A stretch of 64,000 nucleotides of DNA from Deltaproteobacteria bacterium (GTDB lineage: Bacteria; Myxococcota_A; UBA9160; SMWR01). Position 1 is the first letter of the stretch. Each line of letters starts with the position of its first letter. Both the position numbers and the translations under genes were made by a program. The stretch is taken from contig JAQBHB010000002.1 in assembly GCA_032128115.1 (NCBI GenBank), positions 1 to 64,000 on the forward strand. Reading direction: 5' to 3'. Below the pieces are notes generated by a model that worked only from the letters and a program-made list of their open reading frames with translations, was not told where the DNA came from and made no database searches. This document shows, in pieces, positions 18,704 through 28,275 of this stretch.

Positions 18704-21700
18704 GAACCAGCTCGGCGATCAGGTAGGGCCTCATGTCTTCGGGTTCCACGAGGGTTTCCAGGGAGCCCACCTCGCGGGCTCGCTCCACAGTGTGAACTCC
18801 ATCGAACTCCGTGGCCAGCTCCGATTGCTTCTCCAGGTAGACCTTCCTCCAGGTCTTCTCCCACTCCGGGGAAGCGCCGCCACTCTCGGGGCGCCGGGCC
18901 GCCTGGCGTAGCGCCTCGATCCGAGGATCGGAGGCGGTCCGGGCCCGCACCTCGCGTCCCAGCACCACGGCGGCCGCGGGAGCGCCGCCGATCACCGAGG
19001 CGTAGGAGCCGGTCAGGGCCGCCGCGTGGAGGCTCTCGTTGAGCGCACGCGAGAAGACCACGTAGGCGCCGCCGTGGTAGCGGGACACCACCAGGAAGAG
19101 CAACGGCCCCTCGAAGTTCACCACCGCGCGGGCGATCTCCGCCCCGTATTCGAGCTGCCGCTTGCGCATGGACTCGGGCGAGCCATCGAAGCCGGAGAGG
19201 TTGGCCAGGATCACCACCGGGCGGTTGCCGCTGGCGGCGTTCAGGGCCCGGGCCACCTTCTTCGAGGACTGGGGGAACAGGGTGCCGCCCGACCAGGCCG
19301 TGGGGCCGTCTGCCGGGCGGTAGCCCGACCGCGGCAGGGTCCGGCTCTCGATGCCGATCAGGCTGACCGGTCGACCGCCCAGGTGGGTGTCCCAGACGAT
19401 GGCCGTCTCGGCCCCGGCCCAGCCGCGCCAGCGCTCCAGGAAGCCGCCGTCGTGATCCACCACCGACTGCATCACGGCGCGCATGGAGAAGGGTCGTTTG
19501 CGGCCCGGGTTGGTGTCGGCATCGAAGATCTCGCCCACGCTCTCGAAGGGATGATCCTCCTCCGACGCACACGCGAATTCCGTCACCAGGCGCTGGCTGG
19601 GATCGGCGGTGACGTGGGCGCGTGGCCCCTTCTCACCCGGCACCACATAGGTGTAGCGATAGTGCTCGTATAGGGTTCGATAGGCGTCCACCAGATCGCG
19701 GGCGAAGTACTGGGCCTCGCCGTTGGGACCCATCACACGTTCGTAGCCGCCGATCGCCACCTCATCTTCGGCCGACACGGATCCCGAAGCCTCCAGCGCC
19801 GCACGCCCCGTGAGCACCATGGAGGCTCCGGGGGTCATGATGAGGCAGCCCCGGGTGTGTTGGAGCATGGTGGCCAGGGCGTTGAAGTAGCTCTGGGCGC
19901 CCACGTTGACGCCGGCCACGATCACGTGGATCACGCCACCCGATTCGGTAAACGTGATGATGCGGCGGGCCACGCGCGCCGTGGCGTCCAGGTTCTCGGT
20001 GCCGCTGTCCATGGCGATGCGCGCGCCGCTGGACACGGGCACCCACTCCAGCGGCAGGCCGCTCTGCTCCGCCAGGTCGATCGCGGCCACGATGCGATCG
20101 CACTCGGCCGCCGCCAGCGAGCCCATGCTCACCGTGGGGTCCGAGAGCACGAGCACGCGCTGGATACCTTCCGGGACCTTTTCGGTGGGCGTCGAGAGGA
20201 TGCCCATCACGATCGAACAGTCGTTCATCCCATAGGGGCGCCCGGCGACGCTCACGGCCGTCGGGTGCCCGCACGTCGGGTCCAGATCGAACTCCTCGAA
20301 CTCGCCCGCCGGGAGCTGGCCGGCCTTCTCGTCACGCGCCACGCCCTGACCGCCCGGCGTCCCGGTGAGAAGCCGAACGATCTCGTAGGGGTAGAGCAGA
20401 CGCCGGCGCCGGGCCTTCACCACGTTGCGCTCGTAGTCTCGGGCGGGAACCAGGGGATCACTGTGCACGTCGCGCCACGAGAGTTCCATATGGCTGCCCG
20501 TGGGATCGGAAATCACGACCTCGAGGGAACGCGGCGGTCGGGTGGGCTCGGCGCGATCGAGCACGTTCAGGCGCACCACCACCTTCTCCAGGCCCAGGTG
20601 GCGTGTGGCCGGCGCCAGGCGGCGCGCCAGGCGCTGCACCAGGTCGTCGTCCAGGAACAGGCTCGGGGACACGAACAACGCGATGCGATTCCACTGCAGA
20701 CGCCGGCGCGGGTCGCGCAGGCCCAGGTGGTTTCGCAGCGTGCGCGTCGCCTCGAAGAAGGCGCGCTCGAAGGCCGGCACGTGCAGCTGCGCCTCGTTTC
20801 CGGCGTCGGGTGAGCGACCCCGCACATCGGCAAGCACGAAGATGCGTTCGTCTCCGGGCACGTCAGGACTGCCCAGGTGGAAGCAGACGATTTCGTCCGG
20901 CGCCTCGAGCCGCTCCAGATCGAAGGCGCGCAGGCGGTCCAGGTCGATGCGCGCCGCGGTCTCCGGGTGCAGGCCGTGGAGGCCCGCGATCGGCACGAGG
21001 GGTCCCCCGGGACCCATGTAGCTGGAATGAACCGGGCGACCGTCTTCGGGCAGGTGCGACACGGTCAGGCGCTCGGCCGGGAGTCCGGAGGCCAGCACCG
21101 GCGCCAGGCTGTCGCGCAGTTCGGTCTCGTCGGGCACGGGCCCGGGCACCAGAAGCTCGATGGCGTGGACCTGACTGTGCCCCCGGCTCTGGGCTGCGGC
21201 GCGGGCGGCGCGCGACAGGCGCTCGAGCGCCGGAATCATCTCCTCTCGGCTGGCCACGCTGCCAAGCACCGTGCGGCCGTCGTGCAGGTCGATGCGCTCC
21301 ACGTGCACCGTGCCAAGCACGCCGGAAGTGTGGCTCTCCAGCGCGGCCGGCGCGTAGAGCCGACACACGTGCGCCGCCACCGCCACCGCGCGCCGGCGCG
21401 GATCCTCCTCTACCAGCCAACGGCCCGCGCGATCGAAAACGCTCTGGGGCGACGCCGCCAGGTGAACCAGCACGGCGGCGGGCGGCGGCGTGGGTGCCGA
21501 CTCGGCGGCGGCCAGCCAGGCCTCCACCTCCTTGGTGGTGCGGCGCGCCTCGTTTTCCAGCTTCGGCCCTTCGAAGATGGCGTAACCCGCCTCGATGGCG
21601 ACGTCCGCCAGGGCGTCGGGCACCAGGCCGCGCATACCGGCGGTGAGCGAGAGCACCTCGGAGAGCGACTCGTCGTCGGACAGGTGGATCCCCGATGCGG

Positions 21701-24293
21701 CCAGCTCGTGGATGCGCCGGATGATTCCCAGGGCCAACCGATGGCGAAGCTCAGGCGACAGCTGCGACGCCAGCAAGCGCAGCACCGCGCGTTCGAGGGG
21801 ATCGTCGTGGCGAAGGCTCGACACCTGGTAGTGGGCGAGTGACCGGCCCAGCATCTCGACGAATTCGGCGGACTGCCCGGGGGTGCCAGCCGACATGTGG
21901 CGCAGCCAGCCGCGGAGCTGCGCGTGATTCGACGGCCCCGGGTTGCCGCCCAGTGCGGCCTGGGGCGCACGCATGAACAGGCGCGTGACATCGGTGAACA
22001 GGCGCAGCTCGTGGCGCATCTCGGCCATCTCCCACCGGAAGGCCTCCGAGAGCCCGTCCGGGAGCGGAGCCTCCAGGAACGCGGCGAGCTTCTCGCCGCG
22101 CTGGGGGTTCACGTCGTAGCCCATCACGATGCGCCGGATCTCGCTGCGAGCGGTGCGGATGGCGGCACGTCGCGCCTCGGTGTCGGCGCGATCGGCGGCA
22201 TGAAGATCGGCGATGCCCTCGTTCTTCCGGGAGAAGAACAGATCGAGGGGATCCGGCTCGCTGGGCAGCTCCAGGCGATATTCGCCCGCCGTGCCATTGG
22301 CATCGGCGCTTTCCGCGGCGATCAGCAGGATCAGCTCACCTGCCGCCACCTGCTGGCCGCGAGCCACCACCAGTTCCTTGACGACGCCGCTCACCGGCGC
22401 ATCGAAGCCGATCTCCATCTTCATGGCTTCGAGCAGTCCCAGACATTGACCGGCCTCCACGCGATCGCCGGGCTTGACGTGCAGCGCGACCACCACCGCC
22501 GGCGTACCGGCCCGCACCTGGCCGGCCAGGTCCGTGCCGAAGCGATAGGGGCGCCCCTCCACCTCGACGCGCAGGCCGCGCTCCGAAACGTCGTGCAGCA
22601 CGCGCAGGCTGCGTCCCCCCGTCTCCAGGGTGGCGCGGTGATCCCCCTCGGCGCGCAGGGTGGCGGTGACCACGCGACCTTCCAGATGGATGCGATAACG
22701 CCAGGCGCCCACCGCGAAGACTTCGAGGCGGTAGCTCTCGCCCCGGTGCGTGAGATCCACACGCTGCCCCTTGGAAGCCGGCAGCGAGGCCGGTGACAGG
22801 TTGCTGGGATCGGCGAAGAAGCCGCGCCGCGCCGCGTCGCGGGTTCGCTGGTAGGCGAGGATCGACGCGGCCACCAGCGCTTCGACCTCGTGCGCACGGG
22901 TGCCGGAACGAAGCTCCGGCGAAGCGTCCAGCCACCCGATGTCGAGCTCTGCGGCGCGATACGGCGGGCTCTCCAGCAGGTCGATCAGGAAGCCCTTGTT
23001 GGAGGCGCCGCCCTCCACCACCAGCTCGAAGTCCGTGAGCGCCGCCACCAGACGCGCTCGCGCCTCATCGCGGGTGTCGCCTGTGGCGATCACCTTGGCG
23101 ATCAGGGAGTCGAATTCGGCGGGCACTCGCGAGCCGGCGGCGACCCCCGTGTCCACGCGGATGCGCGGGCCCATGGCCGGATCGAAACGACCGATCCGCC
23201 CCGGCGCCGGCATGAACTCGGATTGCGGATCCTCGGCGCAGACGCGGGCCTCGATGGCGAACATCGGGCGGGGCTTCAGATCGAGAGGCAGCGCCTCACC
23301 TCGAGCGATCCGGATCTGGAGCTGCACCAGATCCACGTTCCAGATCTCCTCGCTGATGCCGTGCTCCACCTGGAGACGCGGATTCACCTCCAGGAACCAG
23401 AATTCGCCCCCCGACACCAGGAACTCCACGGTTCCCACACCGGTGTACGCGATGCTCTCCGCAAGCCGCACGGCCGCCCGCTCGATCGACGCCAGCAGGC
23501 GCTTCGGCAGGCCGCTGGGAGGCGCCTCCTCGAGGATCTTCTGGTGACGTCGCTGCACCGAGCAGTCGCGACAGCCCAGGGCGATCACGTGGCCGTGCTG
23601 ATCGCCGGCGATCTGCACCTCCACGTGGCGACCGCCGGAGAGCTTCCGCTCCAGCAACAGCGTGGAATCGCCGAAAGCCGACAGGCCCTCGGCCGAGGCG
23701 GAAGCGAACGCGCTTTCGATCTGCTCTTCGCTCTCCACCACCCGCATGCCACGGCCACCGCCGCCGGACGCGGCCTTCAAGATCACCGGGAAGCCGATCC
23801 TGCGGGCGGCGCGCGCCGCCGACGCCGCATCCGCCACGGCGCCGTCGCTCCACGGAATCACGGGAAGCCCGGCGCGCTCGGCCAGCTGCTTGCCGCCCAC
23901 CTTGTCGCCCACCGCGCGCATCACGTCGCCGGTGGGTCCCAGGAAGCGCATGCCTTCGGCCACTACCCGATCCGCGAACCCGGAATCCTCGGCGGCGAAC
24001 CCCCAACCGGGCCACACCGCGTCGGCCCGGACGTCTCGCAGGGTGTGGATCAGGGGCTCGACGTCCAGATAGGCGCGCACCGGACCGCGAGGCGCTTCCA
24101 GGCGAACGGCGCGATCGGCGTGGCGCACGTACGGAGCCTCGCGGTCCGCGTCCGTATACAGGGCCACGCACTCGAGCGACGAGCCCTCGAGAGCGCGCAG
24201 GGCCTTCACGGCGCGAATACAGCGCATGGCCGCCTCGCCGCGATTCGTGATGGCCAGGCGTTCGATGGCTTGGATCTTCGGACGTCGGCTCAC
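18690..24293 (-). CDS. Single-chain multidomain acetyl/acyl-CoA carboxylase (BC-BCCP-central-CT)
   Basis: NRGEAA, WPGWGF, GGGGRGM, RDCSVQRRHQK, EVNPRLQVEH (BC); EAMKM biotinylation site; SSGARIA and ANLSGFDG...HGGAYVV (CT). Confidence 0.93.
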   Translation of the reverse strand: MSRRPKIQAIERLAITNRGEAAMRCIRAVKALRALEGSSLECVALYTDADREAPYVRHADRAVRLEAPRGPVRAYLDVEPLIHTLRDVRADAVWPGWGFAAEDSGFADRVVAEGMRFLGPTGDVMRAVGDKVGGKQLAERAGLPVIPWSDGAVADAASAARAARRIGFPVILKAASGGGGRGMRVVESEEQIESAFASASAEGLSAFGDSTLLLERKLSGGRHVEVQIAGDQHGHVIALGCRDCSVQRRHQKILEEAPPSGLPKRLLASIERAAVRLAESIAYTGVGTVEFLVSGGEFWFLEVNPRLQVEHGISEEIWNVDLVQLQIRIARGEALPLDLKPRPMFAIEARVCAEDPQSEFMPAPGRIGRFDPAMGPRIRVDTGVAAGSRVPAEFDSLIAKVIATGDTRDEARARLVAALTDFELVVEGGASNKGFLIDLLESPPYRAAELDIGWLDASPELRSGTRAHEVEALVAASILAYQRTRDAARRGFFADPSNLSPASLPASKGQRVDLTHRGESYRLEVFAVGAWRYRIHLEGRVVTATLRAEGDHRATLETGGRSLRVLHDVSERGLRVEVEGRPYRFGTDLAGQVRAGTPAVVVALHVKPGDRVEAGQCLGLLEAMKMEIGFDAPVSGVVKELVVARGQQVAAGELILLIAAESADANGTAGEYRLELPSEPDPLDLFFSRKNEGIADLHAADRADTEARRAAIRTARSEIRRIVMGYDVNPQRGEKLAAFLEAPLPDGLSEAFRWEMAEMRHELRLFTDVTRLFMRAPQAALGGNPGPSNHAQLRGWLRHMSAGTPGQSAEFVEMLGRSLAHYQVSSLRHDDPLERAVLRLLASQLSPELRHRLALGIIRRIHELAASGIHLSDDESLSEVLSLTAGMRGLVPDALADVAIEAGYAIFEGPKLENEARRTTKEVEAWLAAAESAPTPPPAAVLVHLAASPQSVFDRAGRWLVEEDPRRRAVAVAAHVCRLYAPAALESHTSGVLGTVHVERIDLHDGRTVLGSVASREEMIPALERLSRAARAAAQSRGHSQVHAIELLVPGPVPDETELRDSLAPVLASGLPAERLTVSHLPEDGRPVHSSYMGPGGPLVPIAGLHGLHPETAARIDLDRLRAFDLERLEAPDEIVCFHLGSPDVPGDERIFVLADVRGRSPDAGNEAQLHVPAFERAFFEATRTLRNHLGLRDPRRRLQWNRIALFVSPSLFLDDDLVQRLARRLAPATRHLGLEKVVVRLNVLDRAEPTRPPRSLEVVISDPTGSHMELSWRDVHSDPLVPARDYERNVVKARRRRLLYPYEIVRLLTGTPGGQGVARDEKAGQLPAGEFEEFDLDPTCGHPTAVSVAGRPYGMNDCSIVMGILSTPTEKVPEGIQRVLVLSDPTVSMGSLAAAECDRIVAAIDLAEQSGLPLEWVPVSSGARIAMDSGTENLDATARVARRIITFTESGGVIHVIVAGVNVGAQSYFNALATMLQHTRGCLIMTPGASMVLTGRAALEASGSVSAEDEVAIGGYERVMGPNGEAQYFARDLVDAYRTLYEHYRYTYVVPGEKGPRAHVTADPSQRLVTEFACASEEDHPFESVGEIFDADTNPGRKRPFSMRAVMQSVVDHDGGFLERWRGWAGAETAIVWDTHLGGRPVSLIGIESRTLPRSGYRPADGPTAWSGGTLFPQSSKKVARALNAASGNRPVVILANLSGFDGSPESMRKRQLEYGAEIARAVVNFEGPLLFLVVSRYHGGAYVVFSRALNESLHAAALTGSYASVIGGAPAAAVVLGREVRARTASDPRIEALRQAARRPESGGASPEWEKTWRKVYLEKQSELATEFDGVHTVERAREVGSLETLVEPEDMRPYLIAELVRGTG

Positions 24294-24913
24294 GAGCTTG
24301 CGCCCTCACCGCCCGCCAGGCAGGCGTAGGCGACGAAGCGGCCGTGGTGCGAGAGCGAGAGCAGGGGCGCGGTGCCGCCCGAGAACTCGACCTGCGGCAC
24401 ACGCCCGCTGCGCTCGATGCGAAGCTCGCGCGGCGCGACACGAAGCAGCCGGGCGACACCCGCCACCGCCAGATCGCGCGCGGCGCGACCCGGCGCCGCC
24501 GCCGAGAGTTCGCCTTCGACCCGCGCCACTTCCGCCTTCACGAGCCCCATGCGGGCACAAGGGTGGGTCGCAACGGCGTGCACGCAATCAGCTTCGAGTG
24601 TCACCCGCACGCGAAGGCGCAGCTCGCCGTGTATCACGTAGCCGGCCAGGACATCGCCGCCGCCGACACTCTCGGGTCGCAGCCGCGTCACGAATCGCGA
24701 CGGCGCGAAAACCGCGTCCGGATCCACCCGGCGAGCGGCCTTGTAGGCGCTTTCCTTGGCGGCCCACAGCGCCCAGCGCAAGCAGTCGGGCCGTTCGCTG
24801 CACGCCAGCAGCCGGCGCTCGCTCCGCGCGAACACCCGCGCGTCGAAACCCGGATGTTGGGCACCCGGACGCGTCTCCGGATCACCCAGATCGACTACGT
24901 CGTTACCGACCAT
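24290..24913 (-). CDS. 4'-phosphopantetheinyl transferase
   Basis: VGNDVVD, WAAKESAYKA, LSLSH motifs. Confidence 0.9.
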   Translation of the reverse strand: MVGNDVVDLGDPETRPGAQHPGFDARVFARSERRLLACSERPDCLRWALWAAKESAYKAARRVDPDAVFAPSRFVTRLRPESVGGGDVLAGYVIHGELRLRVRVTLEADCVHAVATHPCARMGLVKAEVARVEGELSAAAPGRAARDLAVAGVARLLRVAPRELRIERSGRVPQVEFSGGTAPLLSLSHHGRFVAYACLAGGEGASS

Positions 24914-25664
24914 CGAAGTACCGCTGTTCCATGTCGGCCAGGCAGCCCACGATCTGCTTGGCGATCTCGAGAGATCCCCGCAGGCCCGGGTGATCGGTCT
25001 TGGGTTCGACCCACCGGAGCGACACCCGGAAGCGATCCCCGCGCGCCGGGAAGTCGGACCAGTCGTCCTGGCCTTCTCCGCGCATGTAGACGCACAGCAC
25101 CCGACAGCCGGGCAGCGAGCGCAGCATGCGCCCCACGCCGTAGGCCGCCGCCTCGGGATCGACGCGTCCCGTGCGGCTGCGCCCCCCTTCCGGAAACACG
25201 AGGCCCACCTCGCCGCGCGCGAGCAGACTCGCGAAGCGTTGCATCACCTGGGTCGCTTCGCCCCGCGGGCCTCCCCGTTGGATGGGAAGGCACTTGAAGA
25301 TGTAGGCCGCCACCCGACGGGTGAAGGTGGTGGCGAAGTTCATCCGCTCCGGCAGGTTCCAGGCCAGGGACGAGAAGTGGATCAGGTAGAACCACGGCGA
25401 TCCCAGGGCCCAGCCGATCAGGAACGAATCGATCAGGGTCAGGTGGTTTGCGCACAACAGGAGCGGCGCGCCGTTCTCGCGCCGGATCGCGGCGTACGCG
25501 CGGCGAACCTCCCGCAGGCCCTCGATCCGGTATCGAAAGCCCAGACGCAGGACGGCGACCACCGCCGGCACCGTGAGCGGCGCCAGGGCGTACGCGATCC
25601 CGCGTTGGAGTGCGAGCTCCAGTCGAGGCCGCAACGGAGGGCGGCTTCTCGATGTCGTTGCCAC
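24903..25664 (-). CDS. PlsC-like lysophospholipid acyltransferase
   Basis: NHLTLID (HX4D), FPEGGRS. Confidence 0.88.
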   Translation of the reverse strand: MATTSRSRPPLRPRLELALQRGIAYALAPLTVPAVVAVLRLGFRYRIEGLREVRRAYAAIRRENGAPLLLCANHLTLIDSFLIGWALGSPWFYLIHFSSLAWNLPERMNFATTFTRRVAAYIFKCLPIQRGGPRGEATQVMQRFASLLARGEVGLVFPEGGRSRTGRVDPEAAAYGVGRMLRSLPGCRVLCVYMRGEGQDDWSDFPARGDRFRVSLRWVEPKTDHPGLRGSLEIAKQIVGCLADMEQRYFDGR

Positions 25665-25912
25665 TAGGAGATCTTGCCCTCGATCAGGGTCACCGCGTCG
25701 CCCACGGTCTGCACCGTGTCCACATCGTCATCGGCGATCTCGATGTCGAAGGCGTCCTCGAACTCGAGCACCACGTCCACGAGGCGCGCCGAGTTCACCT
25801 TGAGGTCGTCCAGGATATGCGTGCCCATGGCCACTCCGTCCAGTGCTCCATGGTTCTTCACATACGGCGTCAAGATCTTTACCACTCGCTCGAACACTTC
25901 CTGCTGACTCAC
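25664..25912 (-). CDS. Acyl carrier protein
   Basis: DLKVNSARLVDVVLEFEDAFDIEI...TVGDAV; GTG start after AAGGAGGG. Confidence 0.92.
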   Translation of the reverse strand: MSQQEVFERVVKILTPYVKNHGALDGVAMGTHILDDLKVNSARLVDVVLEFEDAFDIEIADDDVDTVQTVGDAVTLIEGKIS

Positions 25913-25937
25913 GTTCCCTCCTTTGCGGTGAGCGCTC

Positions 25938-27230
25938 TCAGTCGCTCCATTTTCGAAAAACCAGACAAGCATTCACGTCTCCGAACCCGAAGCCGGCCTT
26001 CACGATCACCTCCAGGCCGGGCAGCTCCAGGGCTTCGTGGGGGATCGACGCCGCGTGCGGCTCGATCTCGGGGTGCACGTCCTCGCAGTTGATCGAGGGA
26101 TGCACGAAGCCCTCGTGCAGCATCAGCACGCAGGCGATCGACTCGATGGCGCCCGCGGCGCCCAGCGTGTGGCCGATCATCGACTTGGTCGACGTGATGG
26201 GGGGCAGATGCCCGGGCTTGCGCTCGAGCGCCGCGGCCCAGGCCGACACCTCGCGCGGGTCGGCCCCGGTGGCCGTCAGGTGCCCGTTGATGGCGCCCAC
26301 CTCGCCGGCGTCCACGGCCGCGTCGGCCAGCGCCGCGCGGATGCAGCGGCGCACTCCGTCCGGGTTGGGAGCCGTCATGCTGCCGCCCCCCCGCTGTCCG
26401 CCACAGTTCACGTCTCCGCCGGCCACCTCGGCATAGATGTGGGCGCCGCGGGTCCGGGCGCTCGCAAGGCTCTCGAGCAACACGACGCCGGCCCCGCAGC
26501 CCGCCACGAATCCGCCGGCGCTGGCACTCATGGGTCGGGAGGCGCGCTCGGGCTCGTCGTTGAAGCGACGGCACAACACCCGCATGGCGTCGAAGCCCGC
26601 CCAGATGTAGTGGCTCTCGCCCTCGGCGCCGCCGCACAGCATGCGGTCGGCCAGGCCGCGGCGGATGCGCAGCACGCCCTCGTAGATGGCCTCGGTTCCC
26701 GTGCTGCACGCGCTCGAGTTGGTGGTCACCTGGTTGCCCAGGGCCAGCAGCCCGCCGACCCGCGCCGAGATCCCGCTGGCCATGACCTGCTCCACCGCCG
26801 TGCTTCCCAGGCGCCGCACCTTCTTGGCGTTGGTGAGGGGGACGAGCCTCTCGCCGGTGGTGTCCATGCCGCCAATGCCCGTGCCAATCACGCAACCCGA
26901 TCCCCAGTCCACGGCGCTGTCGTCGTCGGGCTCCGGCCGGGGGAGGCCGCCGTCGCGCCAGGCGTCCAGGGCCGCGATGGACGCGAAGCGATGGCCCGAG
27001 TTCATGGCCATCAGCTCGTCCTCGTCGAAGGTCGCCGAGGCAATCTCGTCCACGCCCCGGGGCACCCCGGCTACGCGGCTTCCGAATTCGCACTCCAGCA
27101 TGCGTTCGTGAACCCGGATCCCCGACCTCCCCTTGCGCAGGGCCAGGGCAAAGTCGTGGGGACTGTTGCCGTTGGGCGCCACCACACCCATCCCGGTGAT
27201 GACGACGCGCGTCCGATCGTCTCGAGTCAT
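25938..27230 (-). CDS. fabF: Beta-ketoacyl-ACP synthase II (FabF/B family)
   Basis: RVVITGMGVVAP, SSACSTG, NGHLTAT, KSMIGHTLGAAG (Cys-His-His triad). Confidence 0.9.
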   Translation of the reverse strand: MTRDDRTRVVITGMGVVAPNGNSPHDFALALRKGRSGIRVHERMLECEFGSRVAGVPRGVDEIASATFDEDELMAMNSGHRFASIAALDAWRDGGLPRPEPDDDSAVDWGSGCVIGTGIGGMDTTGERLVPLTNAKKVRRLGSTAVEQVMASGISARVGGLLALGNQVTTNSSACSTGTEAIYEGVLRIRRGLADRMLCGGAEGESHYIWAGFDAMRVLCRRFNDEPERASRPMSASAGGFVAGCGAGVVLLESLASARTRGAHIYAEVAGGDVNCGGQRGGGSMTAPNPDGVRRCIRAALADAAVDAGEVGAINGHLTATGADPREVSAWAAALERKPGHLPPITSTKSMIGHTLGAAGAIESIACVLMLHEGFVHPSINCEDVHPEIEPHAASIPHEALELPGLEVIVKAGFGFGDVNACLVFRKWSD

Positions 27231-27688
27231 CGCGGCACCCCCATCCCGGAGAGCACGCCGGAACACACGACGCTGCCATCCGGAAGACGCATCTCCACCT
27301 GGGAGCGCAGCTTGCGTCGCCGGAAGAAGACCTTGCGCGCGTGGACCGTGACGCGATCCGCCGGATTCACGACGCCCGAGAAATCCACCTGGACGTCGGT
27401 AAACAGCGTGAGGATCTTGCCACCCTCGTCGTCGGAACCGTCGAGAGCCAGCAGGTAGATTCCCAGGGCCACCACGCCGGCCTGGGCCATGGCCTCCACC
27501 AGGATCACGCCCGGCGTGATCGGCCTGCCAGGAAAATGGCCGCGGTAGAACTCCAGTTCTGGAGAGAAGCACACGGTCGACACCACGTGGTCGTCGTCGA
27601 TCTCGAGGATCTGATCGATGAACCGGAACGGCTCCCGATGCGGGATCCGGTCGAGTACCTGCTGGGGCGTCAGCACGCGTCCGGTCAT
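27227..27688 (-). CDS. fabZ: 3-hydroxyacyl-ACP dehydratase, FabZ type
   Basis: IPHREPFRFID, GHFPGRPITPGVILVEAMAQ (His/Glu). Confidence 0.88.
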   Translation of the reverse strand: MTGRVLTPQQVLDRIPHREPFRFIDQILEIDDDHVVSTVCFSPELEFYRGHFPGRPITPGVILVEAMAQAGVVALGIYLLALDGSDDEGGKILTLFTDVQVDFSGVVNPADRVTVHARKVFFRRRKLRSQVEMRLPDGSVVCSGVLSGMGVPR

Positions 27689-28275
27689 CGCTCCATCCTC
27701 CCCCCGCGCGAGCGTTCACTCGGGTGCGGGTAGTCGGCGTAGAGGATGTCCCGGAAGGTTCCCACCTTGGCGCGCTTGATGCTGTAGACCGGCTCGTCGT
27801 CCACCAGCACGGTGGCGTCTCCCAACACCATGCTGGCGCCTGCGTGGGCGATTTCGGTGTAGCGGCGCACATCGATCTCGGTGCGCACGCAGCCGTCGTG
27901 GGGCCGGATCTGTCCGAAGAACTCCACCTCGCCACAGCCCAGGGCCCGCCCCGCACCGAGGCCACCACTCTGGACGCAGAAGAAACCCAGCAGCTGCCAC
28001 ACCCCGTCCAGCCCCAGACACCCGGGCTGAACCGGATCGCCGCGGAAGTGACAGCTGAAGAACCAGTCGTCGAGCCCCACGTCGCGCTCGGCCACGATGC
28101 GCCCGCGGGTTCCCTGGCGCTGGATCTCCAGCACCCGGTCGAGCATCAGCATGGGCGGCAACGGCAGCCGCGCCTCGAAGCTTTCCGGCGCATCGGACAC
28201 CAGGGTTCCGTTGGCGAAGGCCAGCAGATCCTCCTTGGCGAAACTCTTGCGCGACAGGAATTCTTCGTAGGTCAT
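27685..28275 (-). CDS. fabA: 3-hydroxydecanoyl-ACP dehydratase/isomerase, FabA type
   Basis: LPLPPMLMLDR, WFFSCHFRGDPVQPGCLGLDGVWQLLGF, GRALG (His/Asp). Confidence 0.9.
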   Translation of the reverse strand: MTYEEFLSRKSFAKEDLLAFANGTLVSDAPESFEARLPLPPMLMLDRVLEIQRQGTRGRIVAERDVGLDDWFFSCHFRGDPVQPGCLGLDGVWQLLGFFCVQSGGLGAGRALGCGEVEFFGQIRPHDGCVRTEIDVRRYTEIAHAGASMVLGDATVLVDDEPVYSIKRAKVGTFRDILYADYPHPSERSRGGRMER

